From: Caedimonas varicaedens
Lineage (GTDB): Bacteria; Pseudomonadota; Alphaproteobacteria; Caedimonadales; Caedimonadaceae
Length of the DNA stretch: 6,289 nt
NCBI GenBank assembly: GCA_001192655.1
Contig: BBVC01000116.1
Span: forward strand, 1 to 6,289
Direction: 5' to 3'
Shown: in pieces, positions 6,262 through 6,289 of the stretch
Position numbering within the stretch: position 1 is the stretch's first letter
How the letters are laid out: every line of letters starts with the position of its first letter
Program-made: the position numbers and the translations under genes
Notes under the pieces: generated by a model
The model's input: the letters and a program-made list of their open reading frames with translations, nothing else
The model's database searches: none
Told to the model about the DNA's origin: nothing

Positions 6262-6289
6262 ATGAATTTGGAATGGGATCGTCTCAAGA
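6262..6289 (+). CDS. Possible 5' end of a downstream CDS (MNLEWDRLK...), truncated by the window edge
   Basis: AAGGA (6248-6252) lies 9 nt upstream of ATG 6262, the first ATG after an in-frame TAA at 6241-6243. A -35-like TTGACT is at 6186-6191. Local GC rises from about 29% (6181-6260) to about 50% in the last 20 nt. Only 9 codons are visible, and this reading competes with a minus-strand ORF at 6132-6287 (see rejected list). Confidence 0.3.

Noticed and set aside
6132-6287. 51-codon open minus-strand frame at the right edge
   Set aside because: It is not listed as a feature. It needs a 20-nt convergent overlap with lpxL. It also runs through about 29% GC sequence that looks intergenic, and it conflicts with the SD+ATG at 6262. 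It is kept as an alternative in the findings because the open frame is longer than expected by chance.
1-6289. A novel defence, toxin or mobile system somewhere in the window
   Set aside because: About 90% of the window is accounted for by five recognisable envelope-biogenesis genes in one operon. The remainder has no ORF over 40 codons, and no repeat array, integrase or transposase remnant, or tRNA attachment site. Claiming a new system would not be supported by the sequence.

Overview
This window is almost entirely one co-directional (+ strand) housekeeping operon for the late steps of Kdo2-lipid A assembly and export. Gene order is msbA (lipid A flippase, ABC exporter), a DUF374/LpxJ-like acyltransferase-fold protein, waaA (Kdo transferase), lpxK (tetraacyldisaccharide 4'-kinase), then an LpxL/HtrB-family late acyltransferase. 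Gaps between the genes are 4, 27, 19 and 1 nt, so it is probably a single transcription unit. A long spacer lies upstream of msbA. Its core (201-390) is about 12% GC by my hand count (22 G/C in 190 nt), against roughly 30-48% in coding lines I spot-counted. The last 100 nt of the spacer carry an imperfect direct repeat and a promoter-like element. Both window edges show weak signs of neighbouring genes: a possible CDS 3' end plus a coupled 40-codon ORF at the left, and a possible new CDS start at the right. I saw no tRNA/rRNA, CRISPR array, transposase, integrase or defence-system hallmarks. My honest reading is an ordinary core-genome region, probably from a low-GC, alphaproteobacterium-like Gram-negative (a gene-order and composition inference only). 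The least-characterised element is the DUF374 gene, and even that family has, to my memory, one characterised member (LpxJ). No compelling undescribed system is visible from sequence alone.
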